From positions 3,447 to 67,446 of the forward strand of contig JBMFTY010000003.1 of assembly GCA_049966795.1 (NCBI GenBank): a stretch of 64,000 bases of DNA, in the 5' to 3' direction. Below are positions 29,583 to 39,276 of this stretch, piece after piece (position 1 is the stretch's first letter; each line of letters opens with the position of its first letter). Both the position numbers and the translations under genes were made by a program. The notes beneath the pieces were generated by a model. That model was given only the letters and a program-made list of their open reading frames with translations. It was not told where the DNA came from and searched no databases. This DNA comes from Thermoplasmata archaeon (GTDB taxonomy: Archaea; Thermoplasmatota; Thermoplasmata; Thermoplasmatales; GCA-001856825).

Positions 29583-30805
29583 GGAAGTCCTCTGCTTGAA
29601 ACCCAGAACGTCTTTGGAATCATCACGGGCTTCAGTGATTCACACCTTTCCCTGTATTTCAGGAGGTCGTCGATCATCTCCCGTATCGTCCCCCTGAGGT
29701 CCCCTTTGGGCCTGTAGCCTAGTGAGTGAAGAGTTTCGTGGTCAGGGTTGTAGTAATGCTCCTCCGCCTCCACCCTGGGATTCTTAACATGCTGAATCTC
29801 CGCCCTTTTTCCTGTGGCCTCTTCGTAAACGTCAGAAACCACCTGAGCGAGGTGATTTATGGAGTAGTACTGGTCAAACTGGTTCAGAACCCTGTATCGT
29901 CCTTGATCGGGTGGTTTTTCCATGGCTATGGTAAGGCATTGAATGCTGTCCTCAAGGGGAAGGAAACCTCTCTTCTGGTCCCCCTTGCCGTAAGGGGTTA
30001 TGGGAATTCCTGCAACGGCCTGCGCAACAAACCTGTTCACCGCTGTACCCCAAACCTCATCTATGTCGAATCTTGTGGCAAGGCCCGTTCTCTCTATCTC
30101 ACCTGTCCTAGTACCGTAGACAACCCCCTGCATCACATCGGTTATCCTGAGACCCCACAGCCTGTTGGCAAACATGAGATTGTTCGAGTCGTGCACCTTT
30201 GACCAGTGGTACCAGGAGCTGGCGTTCCTGGGGAAAGGAAGCACGTCCCTCCTCCCCCTGAACTCCACCTCAAAGAAGCCTTCCGTGATGTCTATGTTCG
30301 GGGTGCCATATTCTCCCATAGTTCCAAGTTTTATTATGTGCACATCCGGCGAGAGGTCCTTCGCAGCGTATATCAGATTCATCGTGCTCAGGATGTTCGT
30401 TCGCATCGTTTCGTTTGCCTGCCTGAGGCCTATCATGGAGTAGGGGGCAGACCTCTGCTCCGCAAGGTGAAAAACCACCTCAGGCCTGAACTCCCTGAAA
30501 ATCCTGTACATGAATTCTGGAGAAACGACGTTGCCGCGAAGGAACTTTATCCTCCTTCCCGTCTTCTCCTCAAGACCAGCTATCCTCCGCCCCATGGGGA
30601 GGATTGGTATTGCTGAATCCGAACCGACCTCCCTGACCCTTTTCCTTGTATAGAAATTATCAACGCCCGCAACATCATGCCCCAGGCTAGCGAGATGCTG
30701 CGCAAGGGCCCATCCTATGTAGCCGTCCATTCCAAGGATAAGGACTTTCACTTCCCAACCATCTGATCCGGGCATTTCAACCTTTATAACGTATCTTGCG
30801 TTCAT
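29579..30805 (-). CDS. sqdB: UDP-sulfoquinovose synthase (SQD1/SqdB/Agl3 family SDR)
   Basis: Long collinear similarity by eye to SQD1: LGMDGYIGW, AEQRSAPYSM, KLGTMGEYGTPNIDI.EG, SWYHWSKVHDS (YxxxK), QGVVYG, NPRVEAEEHYYN. Confidence 0.9.
   Translation of the reverse strand: MNARYVIKVEMPGSDGWEVKVLILGMDGYIGWALAQHLASLGHDVAGVDNFYTRKRVREVGSDSAIPILPMGRRIAGLEEKTGRRIKFLRGNVVSPEFMYRIFREFRPEVVFHLAEQRSAPYSMIGLRQANETMRTNILSTMNLIYAAKDLSPDVHIIKLGTMGEYGTPNIDITEGFFEVEFRGRRDVLPFPRNASSWYHWSKVHDSNNLMFANRLWGLRITDVMQGVVYGTRTGEIERTGLATRFDIDEVWGTAVNRFVAQAVAGIPITPYGKGDQKRGFLPLEDSIQCLTIAMEKPPDQGRYRVLNQFDQYYSINHLAQVVSDVYEEATGKRAEIQHVKNPRVEAEEHYYNPDHETLHSLGYRPKGDLRGTIREMIDDLLKYRERCESLKPVMIPKTFWVSSRGLP
30783..30789 (+). 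promoter_or_regulatory. putative TATA box for the GHMP kinase gene
   Basis: TTTATAA is centred about 27 nt upstream of the ATG at 30813, in the very short divergent spacer shared with sqdB. Confidence 0.3.
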
Positions 30806-31808
30806 GAAGAAGATGAGAAGGATCTCCGTTTTCGCCCCATACAGGGTGAGCTTCTTCGGAGGAGGTACCGATATCCCCCCTTTTAGCGACCTCTATGGAG
30901 GATGCGTCATAAATGCAACTATCGACATGGGGATGAGGGTTAGGTACGTTGACGATGGCAAACCGCTTGAGATATCTTCTAGGGACATGCTGAGGAGCTG
31001 GAGCCTATCAGGTCTGTCCGGGAACGAATTCATGGGCCGCATATCTGACCTCTTTGAGATGAACGGCATAACAACGGGACGATTGACTGTCTCGGGGGAT
31101 GTACCTGCAGGCACCGGCTTGGGTTCTTCTACGTCGCTAGTCCAGGCCCTTCTCACCCTCATAAGAAGGATAAAGGGGGAGGCCATTGACACCTGGAAAA
31201 TAGCCCAGGAATCATATAGGACGGAGAGGGACCACTTCCACGTTACCTTGGGGTTGCAGGACCCTTATGCGATACCGTTTCCAGGGCTCAAGTATGTTGA
31301 ATTCTCAAGGTCTGGTGTGAACGTGGAAAGACTGGACCAGAAAAGCAACTTTCTGCGAATGCTGGAGAGATCCTCTATGATAGTTTATACCGGTTCAACC
31401 AGGAACAGCTCGGATGAGCTACAGAATGAGGTGAGCAAACTCAACAGCAACTCGGAAGAGATGATAAACACCCTTCTCGAGATAAAGGCCGTGACCATTG
31501 ACGCGAGGAGCACAATCGTGAGGAACGATATGAGGGCATTCTGCGACCTGATGAACAGGAGCTGGGAGCTGAAGAAGAAACTTGGGAGGAGCATTACAAA
31601 CGAAAGGGTTGAATTTTTAATAAATACAGCGATGAAGAATGGGGCCTGCGCGGCCAAGCTCATGGGTGGAGGCTCCGCAGGTTTCATACTTGCTATTGCT
31701 CCTCCTGAGAAATTATGGAACCTGGAGACGAAGATGATGGAAGTTTCTGAATTTGTCACAAGGGTATCATATGAAAGCGATGGAATCGTGGTTGAAGATT
31801 CCTCTTGA
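30804..31808 (+). CDS. GHMP-family sugar kinase
   Basis: APYRVSFFGGGTD N-terminus and the GHMP motif PAGTGLGSSTS. The second ATG at 30813 sits about 27 nt downstream of a TTTATAA box, which suggests a leaderless start. Confidence 0.7.
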   Translation: MKKMRRISVFAPYRVSFFGGGTDIPPFSDLYGGCVINATIDMGMRVRYVDDGKPLEISSRDMLRSWSLSGLSGNEFMGRISDLFEMNGITTGRLTVSGDVPAGTGLGSSTSLVQALLTLIRRIKGEAIDTWKIAQESYRTERDHFHVTLGLQDPYAIPFPGLKYVEFSRSGVNVERLDQKSNFLRMLERSSMIVYTGSTRNSSDELQNEVSKLNSNSEEMINTLLEIKAVTIDARSTIVRNDMRAFCDLMNRSWELKKKLGRSITNERVEFLINTAMKNGACAAKLMGGGSAGFILAIAPPEKLWNLETKMMEVSEFVTRVSYESDGIVVEDSS

Positions 31809-31810
31809 AT

Positions 31811-33154
31811 TCACCTGGTGAGCCATGAGGACTGTTTCCAGCACGTCAGCATCCCGTAAATCGACGTGAAGAATATTATTAGCAGCGCCACCCCACCGTA
31901 ACCAAGCGTCCTCAGCCTCTCCTTCTTCAGGTTAAGAGCCAGCGCGGAGCCGAACATCACCGGCCCCGGAATGCCTACCAGCGAGATGATGTGCAGTAGC
32001 CCTCTCCTTCCATCGCCAATGAGATTCAGCGTGATGAAATCCTGCACCATGTCCATAAGGCTGGCTGCGTGAGACCCTATGAACCTCAATTCAAAGTAGA
32101 ACCTGAAAACGCCAAGACCAAGGGTTATCAGGGGAAGAACGAACGTTGCGATGGTTTCGAATGTGTAAAAAGCTCCAGCCCTAAGTGCCGTACCATTGGC
32201 CAAGTTCTTGAAGAAGTAATAATAAGAACTTCTGGCCCACCTCACGCTCTGCTTGGTGAACTGCTTGAAGTTCCCGGGCGGCTCAGTCTCCGCCATAACT
32301 TCAAAGCATTTTTCTGCCCTGTAGCCGTGTCTTATGATGAAGGAGGTGATCTGCTGATCGTCCCCCATTATCGCCGATCTTCCAGCAACCTTTGGTTCAG
32401 TGAACTCCTTGGAAAGAATGAGAGGTTTCACCAAATTTGTTCTGTACATTGCGCACTTTCCATCTATCACCATGACGCTGCCACCGTGAGCGGACATGGC
32501 CCTTAGAACGATCTCCCTTGCCCTTTCCATGAATTCTGCGCTGTAGGACGCGCCGCTCGAAGACCTCCTGACCGTAACATTCGCACCGACTCCGCCGACA
32601 TTCTCCTTGAAGTGTTCTACTATCTTTCTTACGGCCTGCTTGGGTATCACGGTGTCGCTGTCCAGGAAGAGGATGAAATCCGTGTCCACATGCCTCACCC
32701 CCTCCGCCACGGCCTTCCTTTTTCCCTGCCTCTCGCGAAGATGAATGAAGCGTGCTCCATAGTTCTCAGCTATGGACTTGTAAGGCTCGTAGCTTGAATC
32801 TCCTACGACAATAATGTCCGCTCCCTGATTGGACGCGCTCTCCATTACCCTTCTAAAAACGTCCTCTTTCTCGTTGTATACCGGAATAACGATGGTGACG
32901 CTTCCCTTTATGCTCTCAGATTTCTCTTCCTTCCCCCTATTGTGCTTGAGCAGGTAGTACACGTTGACAAAATAGTAAATGAGATACACGACCGTCGTGA
33001 CGACGGAGAAGAGAATTAGGTACAGGAATACGTGATTTAGGTGAAACACTTCGCCAGATATCCAAGAGCCATAGATAAATGTTCTTATATATTCGAAGCT
33101 TCCTATAAAATTATTAAGCGGTTTATCGAGACTGTCTCCTGAGAGAACAACCAT
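31811..33154 (-). CDS. membrane-embedded family 2 glycosyltransferase (processive, synthase-like)
   Basis: N-terminal TM, VTIVIPVYNE, the DSD motif, and QSVRWARS (QxxRW), followed by C-terminal TM helices. Confidence 0.8.
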   Translation of the reverse strand: MVVLSGDSLDKPLNNFIGSFEYIRTFIYGSWISGEVFHLNHVFLYLILFSVVTTVVYLIYYFVNVYYLLKHNRGKEEKSESIKGSVTIVIPVYNEKEDVFRRVMESASNQGADIIVVGDSSYEPYKSIAENYGARFIHLRERQGKRKAVAEGVRHVDTDFILFLDSDTVIPKQAVRKIVEHFKENVGGVGANVTVRRSSSGASYSAEFMERAREIVLRAMSAHGGSVMVIDGKCAMYRTNLVKPLILSKEFTEPKVAGRSAIMGDDQQITSFIIRHGYRAEKCFEVMAETEPPGNFKQFTKQSVRWARSSYYYFFKNLANGTALRAGAFYTFETIATFVLPLITLGLGVFRFYFELRFIGSHAASLMDMVQDFITLNLIGDGRRGLLHIISLVGIPGPVMFGSALALNLKKERLRTLGYGGVALLIIFFTSIYGMLTCWKQSSWLTR

Positions 33155-33174
33155 TTCAGCCCGATTTAGGAAGG

Positions 33175-34575
33175 ATGAAAAGTTCCGTCACAATATATAT
33201 CCGGCATCTTGATATTCGCTGGATGGAGTTCTCTTACTTCACACGGAAGCGCGAGCTTGAAACCTTGGATGGGAAGGAATTTGACGCGATCATACTCGGA
33301 GGCGGCATAGCGGGTGCTGGGATCGCAGGCGTGCTTTCCGCGAACGGTCTGGAGGTTCTGATCGTTGACAGGGGTGACTTCGGTTCAGGGACAAGCAGCA
33401 ACTCTTCCAAACTGATACATGGAGGGCTAAGATATCTGGCACAGGGGCACGTCCTTCTTACCAGGGAGCTCCTCCGCGAGAGGAATTACCTGATGGAAAA
33501 CGTGGACATAGTGAGGAAGATGGATTTCGATATTCTCATCGATGATAATTCCTGGTCCAGGAGCTCTATTTTCATCGGTCTTTTTCTCTACAATCTTCTC
33601 GGGGGCAAGCCGGGATTCCCAAGGTTCTCAAGGGGGAAGTATTCCTACAAAGGTTTCTCCGGTTATTTCTCTTACATAGACGCAATCACGGACGATGCCC
33701 TCCTTGTCGCATATAACGTGGTATCCGCGGTAATGAATGGCACAACTGCTCTGAATTATGTATCCGCGGAAAGAATATCTGATTCAGATGGGCGGGTTGA
33801 GGTTCTTCTCAAGGATGTTTTGGGAGGGCGAAACTATTCGGTGAAGGGAGGAATCTTAATAAATGCAACAGGATCCTGGATAAATGAGGTGTACGAGAGA
33901 TACACGGGCAAAAGGATAGAGGGACTGAAGCTCTCCAGGGGTGTTCACCTCATTCTTAAAAACAAAGGGAATGTTGCAAACGCGATCGCCTTCAGATCGC
34001 ACGTTGACGGCAGACAGATGTTCATAATTCCTAGGGGGCAGGTCTTAATAGCGGGTACCACGGATGATTTCACAAACGAACCTTGGGATGATCACGTGGA
34101 GGAGAGTGAGAGGGAATATATCTTCAAGTCAATTTCCAGAATACTCGTCGATATCCGGAGGGAAGATGTTATCGGTGAGTATGTCGGAGTTAGGCCGCTC
34201 TACGGCAGGGGAACTGATCCAGGAAGAGTAACAAGGGATTTTCACGTTGACGTGACGGGAAGGATGGTATCCGTTATGGGTGTCAAGATAACCAATTACA
34301 GGAATGCCTCTAGAAAGGTCTCCAAAAAGATAGGAAGACTCATCGGGCGTGAGATTAGGACCTATGGTCTTCCGGTTATCTCATACAGGAGGGGGAACGG
34401 TGACCCTATTGACGCTGCAATAAGGCAGGAATGCGCCATAACGGTGGAAGATGTAATCAGAAGGCGCACTGGGGCCTTTTACTTCACAATTGATCAGGGA
34501 AGGTCTATTGAGGAGGACGTTAAAAGGAAAATTTCTGAGTTCAGGAGTTCATCAGGGATGCAAGGCCAAGGTTAA
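33175..34575 (+). CDS. FAD-dependent glycerol-3-phosphate dehydrogenase
   Basis: FDAIILGGGIAGAGIA dinucleotide fold and GTSSNSSKLIHGGLRYL. The likely true start is the ATG at 33223 (MEFSYF). Confidence 0.8.
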   Translation: MKSSVTIYIRHLDIRWMEFSYFTRKRELETLDGKEFDAIILGGGIAGAGIAGVLSANGLEVLIVDRGDFGSGTSSNSSKLIHGGLRYLAQGHVLLTRELLRERNYLMENVDIVRKMDFDILIDDNSWSRSSIFIGLFLYNLLGGKPGFPRFSRGKYSYKGFSGYFSYIDAITDDALLVAYNVVSAVMNGTTALNYVSAERISDSDGRVEVLLKDVLGGRNYSVKGGILINATGSWINEVYERYTGKRIEGLKLSRGVHLILKNKGNVANAIAFRSHVDGRQMFIIPRGQVLIAGTTDDFTNEPWDDHVEESEREYIFKSISRILVDIRREDVIGEYVGVRPLYGRGTDPGRVTRDFHVDVTGRMVSVMGVKITNYRNASRKVSKKIGRLIGREIRTYGLPVISYRRGNGDPIDAAIRQECAITVEDVIRRRTGAFYFTIDQGRSIEEDVKRKISEFRSSSGMQGQG

Positions 34576-34597
34576 AGCCTGAAAGTCATTAACACAT

Positions 34598-36103
34598 GTG
34601 CCAAGGTATTCCGCGATTCTTAGGGAGGACCTGATCGAATTCAGGGAGTATCAGCACAACATAGCCACAAAGGCGGTGGAAAAGAATACCTTGATCGTCA
34701 TACCTACTGCCCTTGGGAAAACGATTATAGCGATAATAGCGCTCTCCATTCTCATAGAAAATGGAGGGAAATGCATTTTCCTTGCCCCCACCAGGCCGCT
34801 GGTTCATCAACACGCCGCAACTATAAGGAAGTTTCTTTTTCTCGGCAATGAGGAGATTGTCGAGGTCACGGGAGAGGTGGGGAGAGAGCAGAGGCAGCAC
34901 CTGTACGAGAAGGGACGCGTTATCGTCTCCACCCCGCAGGTGATCAGCAACGACGAAGACCTTCTCTCAGAAATGAAGAAGGATGTGGCTGTCGTTGTTT
35001 TCGACGAGGCCCATAGGGCCATAGGAAACTATGCATACGTGAAGATTGCGGATTTCTTCCGGAATGCGAGGATAATCGCGACCACAGCATCACCTGGAGG
35101 GGATTCCTCGAAGATAGATGAGATAATGCGAAACCTTCACATTGAGCATGTGGAAATCAGGGATGAAAAGTCTCCGGATGTGGCCCAGTACGTTCAGGGG
35201 ATAGAGATAACTCAGATGAAGATACAGATGCCTCCCGGCTGCAGGGAGGTAGTCTCAGGACTCAGGGAGATCTTCGACGATATCGTATCGAAATTCAGCG
35301 ATTTCTCCATAAACGTGCAGATCAGATCCCGGAAGGACCTCATCGCTCTGGGCGACGCCATATCCGCGGAGATAAAGAAGGGGAACAAGTATTTCTTCGG
35401 TGCCGCAAGGCTCAGAACAATGGCAATAGTCCTTGATTATCTGATAGAATTTGCAGAAACACAGGGCCTTCTTCCATTGAGGGAGTACATAAGGGAGATA
35501 AAAAAGGAAAAAAAGGCTGCACTGAACATCTTCAAGGACCCGAGGATGATCTCAATTGAGAAAAAGGTCGAGGAGCTGACATCCCGCAGGATTGAGGATC
35601 ATTCCCCAAAGATAAATGCGATAATCAACATGCTCCGCGAGGGGAGGCAGAGCAAGGTCATCATATTCTGCCATTACAGGATCACAGCGGACATACTCTC
35701 CTCCATCCTCAAGGCTGAAGGTTTTTCCTGCGAGAAATTCATAGGTCAGAGCTCAAAAAGGGATGGAAAGGGGATGAGCCAGAGGGAGCAGTCAACGATC
35801 ATAGGAAAATTCAGGGAGGGGGAAGTTGAGGTACTCGTCGCAACGCAGGTTGGGGAGGAGGGTTTGGACATACCTTCCGCAGATACCGTGATATTTTACG
35901 AGCCTGTTCCCAGCGAGATAAGGTCGATACAGAGGAGGGGCAGGACCGGCAGGTACGGCAAAGGAAAGGTGTTCATCCTGACGATGGAAAACACGAGGGA
36001 CCTCGCTTACCTGTACTCCGCAAGCAGGAAGGAAAGGAAGATGAAGAACATGCTTGCGGACGGCAGGAGGAATGTGCAGACAACTTTTGATATATTTGAG
36101 TGA
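34598..36103 (+). CDS. Hef/FANCM-like SF2 helicase, helicase core only
   Basis: REYQ...TALGKT (motif I), FDEAHRA (motif II), TASPG, and VATQVGEEGLDIP...QRRGRTGR. At 501 aa it ends without an ERCC4 nuclease or HhH2 domain. Confidence 0.75.
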   Translation: MPRYSAILREDLIEFREYQHNIATKAVEKNTLIVIPTALGKTIIAIIALSILIENGGKCIFLAPTRPLVHQHAATIRKFLFLGNEEIVEVTGEVGREQRQHLYEKGRVIVSTPQVISNDEDLLSEMKKDVAVVVFDEAHRAIGNYAYVKIADFFRNARIIATTASPGGDSSKIDEIMRNLHIEHVEIRDEKSPDVAQYVQGIEITQMKIQMPPGCREVVSGLREIFDDIVSKFSDFSINVQIRSRKDLIALGDAISAEIKKGNKYFFGAARLRTMAIVLDYLIEFAETQGLLPLREYIREIKKEKKAALNIFKDPRMISIEKKVEELTSRRIEDHSPKINAIINMLREGRQSKVIIFCHYRITADILSSILKAEGFSCEKFIGQSSKRDGKGMSQREQSTIIGKFREGEVEVLVATQVGEEGLDIPSADTVIFYEPVPSEIRSIQRRGRTGRYGKGKVFILTMENTRDLAYLYSASRKERKMKNMLADGRRNVQTTFDIFE

Positions 36104-36136
36104 ATTCAACATGCTGAAATGAGCGGGTAATCCTAG

Positions 36137-36874
36137 ATGATAGATCACTTGGTAAAATTCATTGAGGAGAAAGGGGGCTTGACGAAGGCGTTTCTGGACT
36201 ACGACGGCACCCTCGTCAATCTCACCTCAGACCCGAAACTCGCGATACCGGATGAGGAAACGATGAGGTTGGTGATGAAAATAGGTGCGAGGATACCCAC
36301 GTACATAATAACGGGCAGGTCCCTGGAAAGCATCCTCTCCCTAATCGGCCCAGGGTACAAGGTGATTGCACTTCACGGAGCCCAGTTCTCTGATGAAAAA
36401 GGGAATGTCAGGATGGTAGATGGGTTCGAGAGATTTGTCGAGAGATCCAAGGTCATAGCATCAAAGTACAGGCATCTAGAGTTGGAGTTTCCCGGGCTCA
36501 GGGTCCTGGACAAGGGAGGGGGAGTACAGTTCCACTACTACAACATTCCAGCCCAGAGGATCCCCGAGCTTGAGAGGGTGATAAGGTCGATAAGGGAGGA
36601 GGGTTTTGAGATGTACAGTGGGAAGTACATTTTCGAGCTCAGGATAAGTGGCGTTAACAAAGGCGTCGCAATCAGGAGGGAGATGGATGATGATTTCGTC
36701 CTCTTTGCGGGAGATGACGAAACAGATGAAGAGGCATTCAGAATGCTTGAGGGTCAGGCCACGGTGAAGGTTGGCGACGGCCCCACGGAAGCAAGGTTCA
36801 GACTAGAATCTCCCTCCGAAATGAAGAAGCTCCTGTCTCTTATCGCTGACAACAAACTCTTCAGGGGTGACTAG
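36137..36874 (+). CDS. otsB: trehalose-6-phosphate phosphatase-like HAD hydrolase
   Basis: LDYDGTL (DxDGT) and C-terminal FAGDDETDE motifs. Confidence 0.7.
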   Translation: MIDHLVKFIEEKGGLTKAFLDYDGTLVNLTSDPKLAIPDEETMRLVMKIGARIPTYIITGRSLESILSLIGPGYKVIALHGAQFSDEKGNVRMVDGFERFVERSKVIASKYRHLELEFPGLRVLDKGGGVQFHYYNIPAQRIPELERVIRSIREEGFEMYSGKYIFELRISGVNKGVAIRREMDDDFVLFAGDDETDEEAFRMLEGQATVKVGDGPTEARFRLESPSEMKKLLSLIADNKLFRGD

Positions 36875-37555
36875 GTGAAATTCTCGTCCATTGAGGAGAT
36901 GAACGGAGTACTGGTGAGGTGCGAGAGGTGTCCGAGGCTAGTAAGGTACAGGGTTGAGGTCGCGGGAATGAGAAAACGGTTTTCGGGAGAGAAATTCTGG
37001 AGCAGACCCGTCCCCGGTTTCGGAAACATCAATTCCAGGCTTCTCATCCTTGGACTCGCCCCCGCTGCAACTGGCGGAAACAGGACGGGAAGGGTGTTCA
37101 CCGGAGATAAGAGCGCCTCATTCCTCTTTTCCTGCCTCTACCAGGTCGGGCTATCGAACAAACCTGATTCAATTTCAGTGGATGACGGCCTCAGGTTGGA
37201 GGATGCCTACATAACGGCGGTTCTGAAGTGCGTTCCTCCCGGTGACAAGCCTGAGAGGGAAGAGATGGACAACTGCCGCGACTACCTGGAATTCGAGATA
37301 GAGTCCATGAAGAATCTTAAGGCAATCCTCGCGCTTGGGAGCGTGGCCTTCGGAAGGCTGAAGCTGTACCTCAAAAGCAGGGGATACAGCGTGGATTCGA
37401 TGAGCTTCGTCCATGGGAGGAGATATGAAGTCGGAGGCATCTCGATATACCCCTCGTATCACCCCAGTCCCAGGAATGTGAACACCGGGAAGCTGAGAAG
37501 GGAGGATATGGTATCCCTTCTCCTTTCTATAAAGAGGGAAATATCATCCAGCTAG
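36875..37555 (+). CDS. uracil-DNA glycosylase, family 5-like (UdgB type, Fe-S)
   Basis: CERCPRL, GLAPAATGGNRTGRVFTGD and HPSPRN motifs. GTG start directly after the otsB stop. Confidence 0.8.
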   Translation: MKFSSIEEMNGVLVRCERCPRLVRYRVEVAGMRKRFSGEKFWSRPVPGFGNINSRLLILGLAPAATGGNRTGRVFTGDKSASFLFSCLYQVGLSNKPDSISVDDGLRLEDAYITAVLKCVPPGDKPEREEMDNCRDYLEFEIESMKNLKAILALGSVAFGRLKLYLKSRGYSVDSMSFVHGRRYEVGGISIYPSYHPSPRNVNTGKLRREDMVSLLLSIKREISSS

Positions 37556-39241
37556 CATCTTTTCCTTCAGCCTGCTCTCCTCCTTCCTCCTGAGGGATAC
37601 CTCCGGGGGCTCTTCTCCCGCCTTCATTTCGAAGGAAAGAAGCCTGTTGTTTCTGAAAAGATGGAGTGTGACCCTCTCCCCAGGTCTGATCCACTTCATA
37701 TCGTCAATCCTGAAATTTCTTATTTCCGGAGAAAGCTCCCTTGTGAAGAAATCTGTGAACCTTTGATTATTGACGGCGACGACCTCATCCCCGGAAAGCA
37801 CGCCGGCCTCAAAGGCTGGATACCCTTTCAGGGAGGACTTCACTATGAGCTTTCCGCCGTTGCCGGACAGCACGAGACCCAGAAAGCCGAGAGGCTTCTC
37901 CCCCCTTCTCCTCCTCTCAATGGAATAGCCTATCGTGCTGAGATAGTAATCAAAATCTATCTCCCCCTCCTCCTCCGTCATCTCTCTCACAAGTTCCCCT
38001 CCCCTGCTGCCTGCCAATCCCTCGATATGAAAGATAAGTTTCCCCTTTTCTATCCCCTCTCCACTTGTCTTGAAGTCTGAGTAAAGAAGCCTGAAGAGGT
38101 CATCCAGGCTCTTTTTCCCTTCCGTTTCCTTCAGCAGGAAGCAGTTCAGGGCGAACGCTATCAGCTCCCCCTTAAGGTAGTAGGAGACATAGCTGTTCAA
38201 GATGTTCCCGTCAGGCTTGTAGAGCTTTATCCATGTGTTAAAAGAGGAGAGATCTGCAGGGTATGTGTGTCCCGGCTGAAGGAGGTAGTATTGGATCATG
38301 ACGGCAAGGTGTTTGAAATATTCTTCCTCCGTGACGATCCCAGCCCTCCAGAGGACGAGCCATTCGTAGTACGATGTGAACCCCTCGCTCAGCCAGAGCA
38401 GGTTGGTGTGAACCTCCTTAGTGTAGTCAAACGGACCGAGTTCCCTGGGCCTTATCCGCTTCACATTCCACGTGTGAAAGAACTCGTGCGAGACTATTGA
38501 AAGGAATAGCTTGTAGGATGTGGGATCAGCCAGTTTTCTTCCATCAGTCATTATGGCCGTGCTGTTCTTGTGCTCAAGCCCTCCGTAAATCTCATCAGGC
38601 AGAGCAATTATGATAAACACATACCTCTTGTAAGGCAGTTCCCCGAATATCTTCCCCTCCTCCTCAACTATCTTCCTGAAGTCCCTTACTATTCCTTCCC
38701 GATCCACGGGGATTAATCCCTGCCATGCTATGAGATGTTCCTTCCCCATTACCTCGAATTTCATGCTTTCGAAGTTCCCTATGAGGAATGGGGAATCAAC
38801 GAGCTGATCATAATCCTCCGCTATGAACATTTCAGATTCTTCATCAAGCCCCGTAGCAACACCCTTTGCTCCAAGGTTTTCCAGCCTCACCTCGCATTCC
38901 TCTCCCTTTCTCCCTTCCACATACAGAAATATGCCCGCACCGTTGAGCAACGCGAAATCACCGTTCGCATAGCTGGTCTGGACGGAGAGCTCGTCGCAGT
39001 ACACATAATACTCCACGCTGACCCTCCCCTGTCCCATTAGGGCCCATCTGTTCTTTGACAGCTGTTCGCTATCGCAGGAGGACTTGAAGCCGAAAAGGTG
39101 ACGGGAGAAGTCTCGGACCGAGTAGGAACCCGGCGTCCATACGGGCATCACAACCTCCTCCCTGCCACGGGAAGAGAATTCCATCGTCACGTGCACGATG
39201 CCTTCATGCGAGTCGGAAAGGTCCACTTGATACAGCACCAT
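37544..39241 (-). CDS. M61 glycyl aminopeptidase with C-terminal PDZ domain
   Basis: HEFFHTWNVKRIRP zinc motif with a downstream E, and a C-terminal PDZ-like segment (GD.VVAVNN). Confidence 0.8.
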   Translation of the reverse strand: MVLYQVDLSDSHEGIVHVTMEFSSRGREEVVMPVWTPGSYSVRDFSRHLFGFKSSCDSEQLSKNRWALMGQGRVSVEYYVYCDELSVQTSYANGDFALLNGAGIFLYVEGRKGEECEVRLENLGAKGVATGLDEESEMFIAEDYDQLVDSPFLIGNFESMKFEVMGKEHLIAWQGLIPVDREGIVRDFRKIVEEEGKIFGELPYKRYVFIIIALPDEIYGGLEHKNSTAIMTDGRKLADPTSYKLFLSIVSHEFFHTWNVKRIRPRELGPFDYTKEVHTNLLWLSEGFTSYYEWLVLWRAGIVTEEEYFKHLAVMIQYYLLQPGHTYPADLSSFNTWIKLYKPDGNILNSYVSYYLKGELIAFALNCFLLKETEGKKSLDDLFRLLYSDFKTSGEGIEKGKLIFHIEGLAGSRGGELVREMTEEEGEIDFDYYLSTIGYSIERRRRGEKPLGFLGLVLSGNGGKLIVKSSLKGYPAFEAGVLSGDEVVAVNNQRFTDFFTRELSPEIRNFRIDDMKWIRPGERVTLHLFRNNRLLSFEMKAGEEPPEVSLRRKEESRLKEKMLAG

Positions 39242-39276
39242 CGATCTTCATTACGATGCAAAGAAATAACTTTCCC

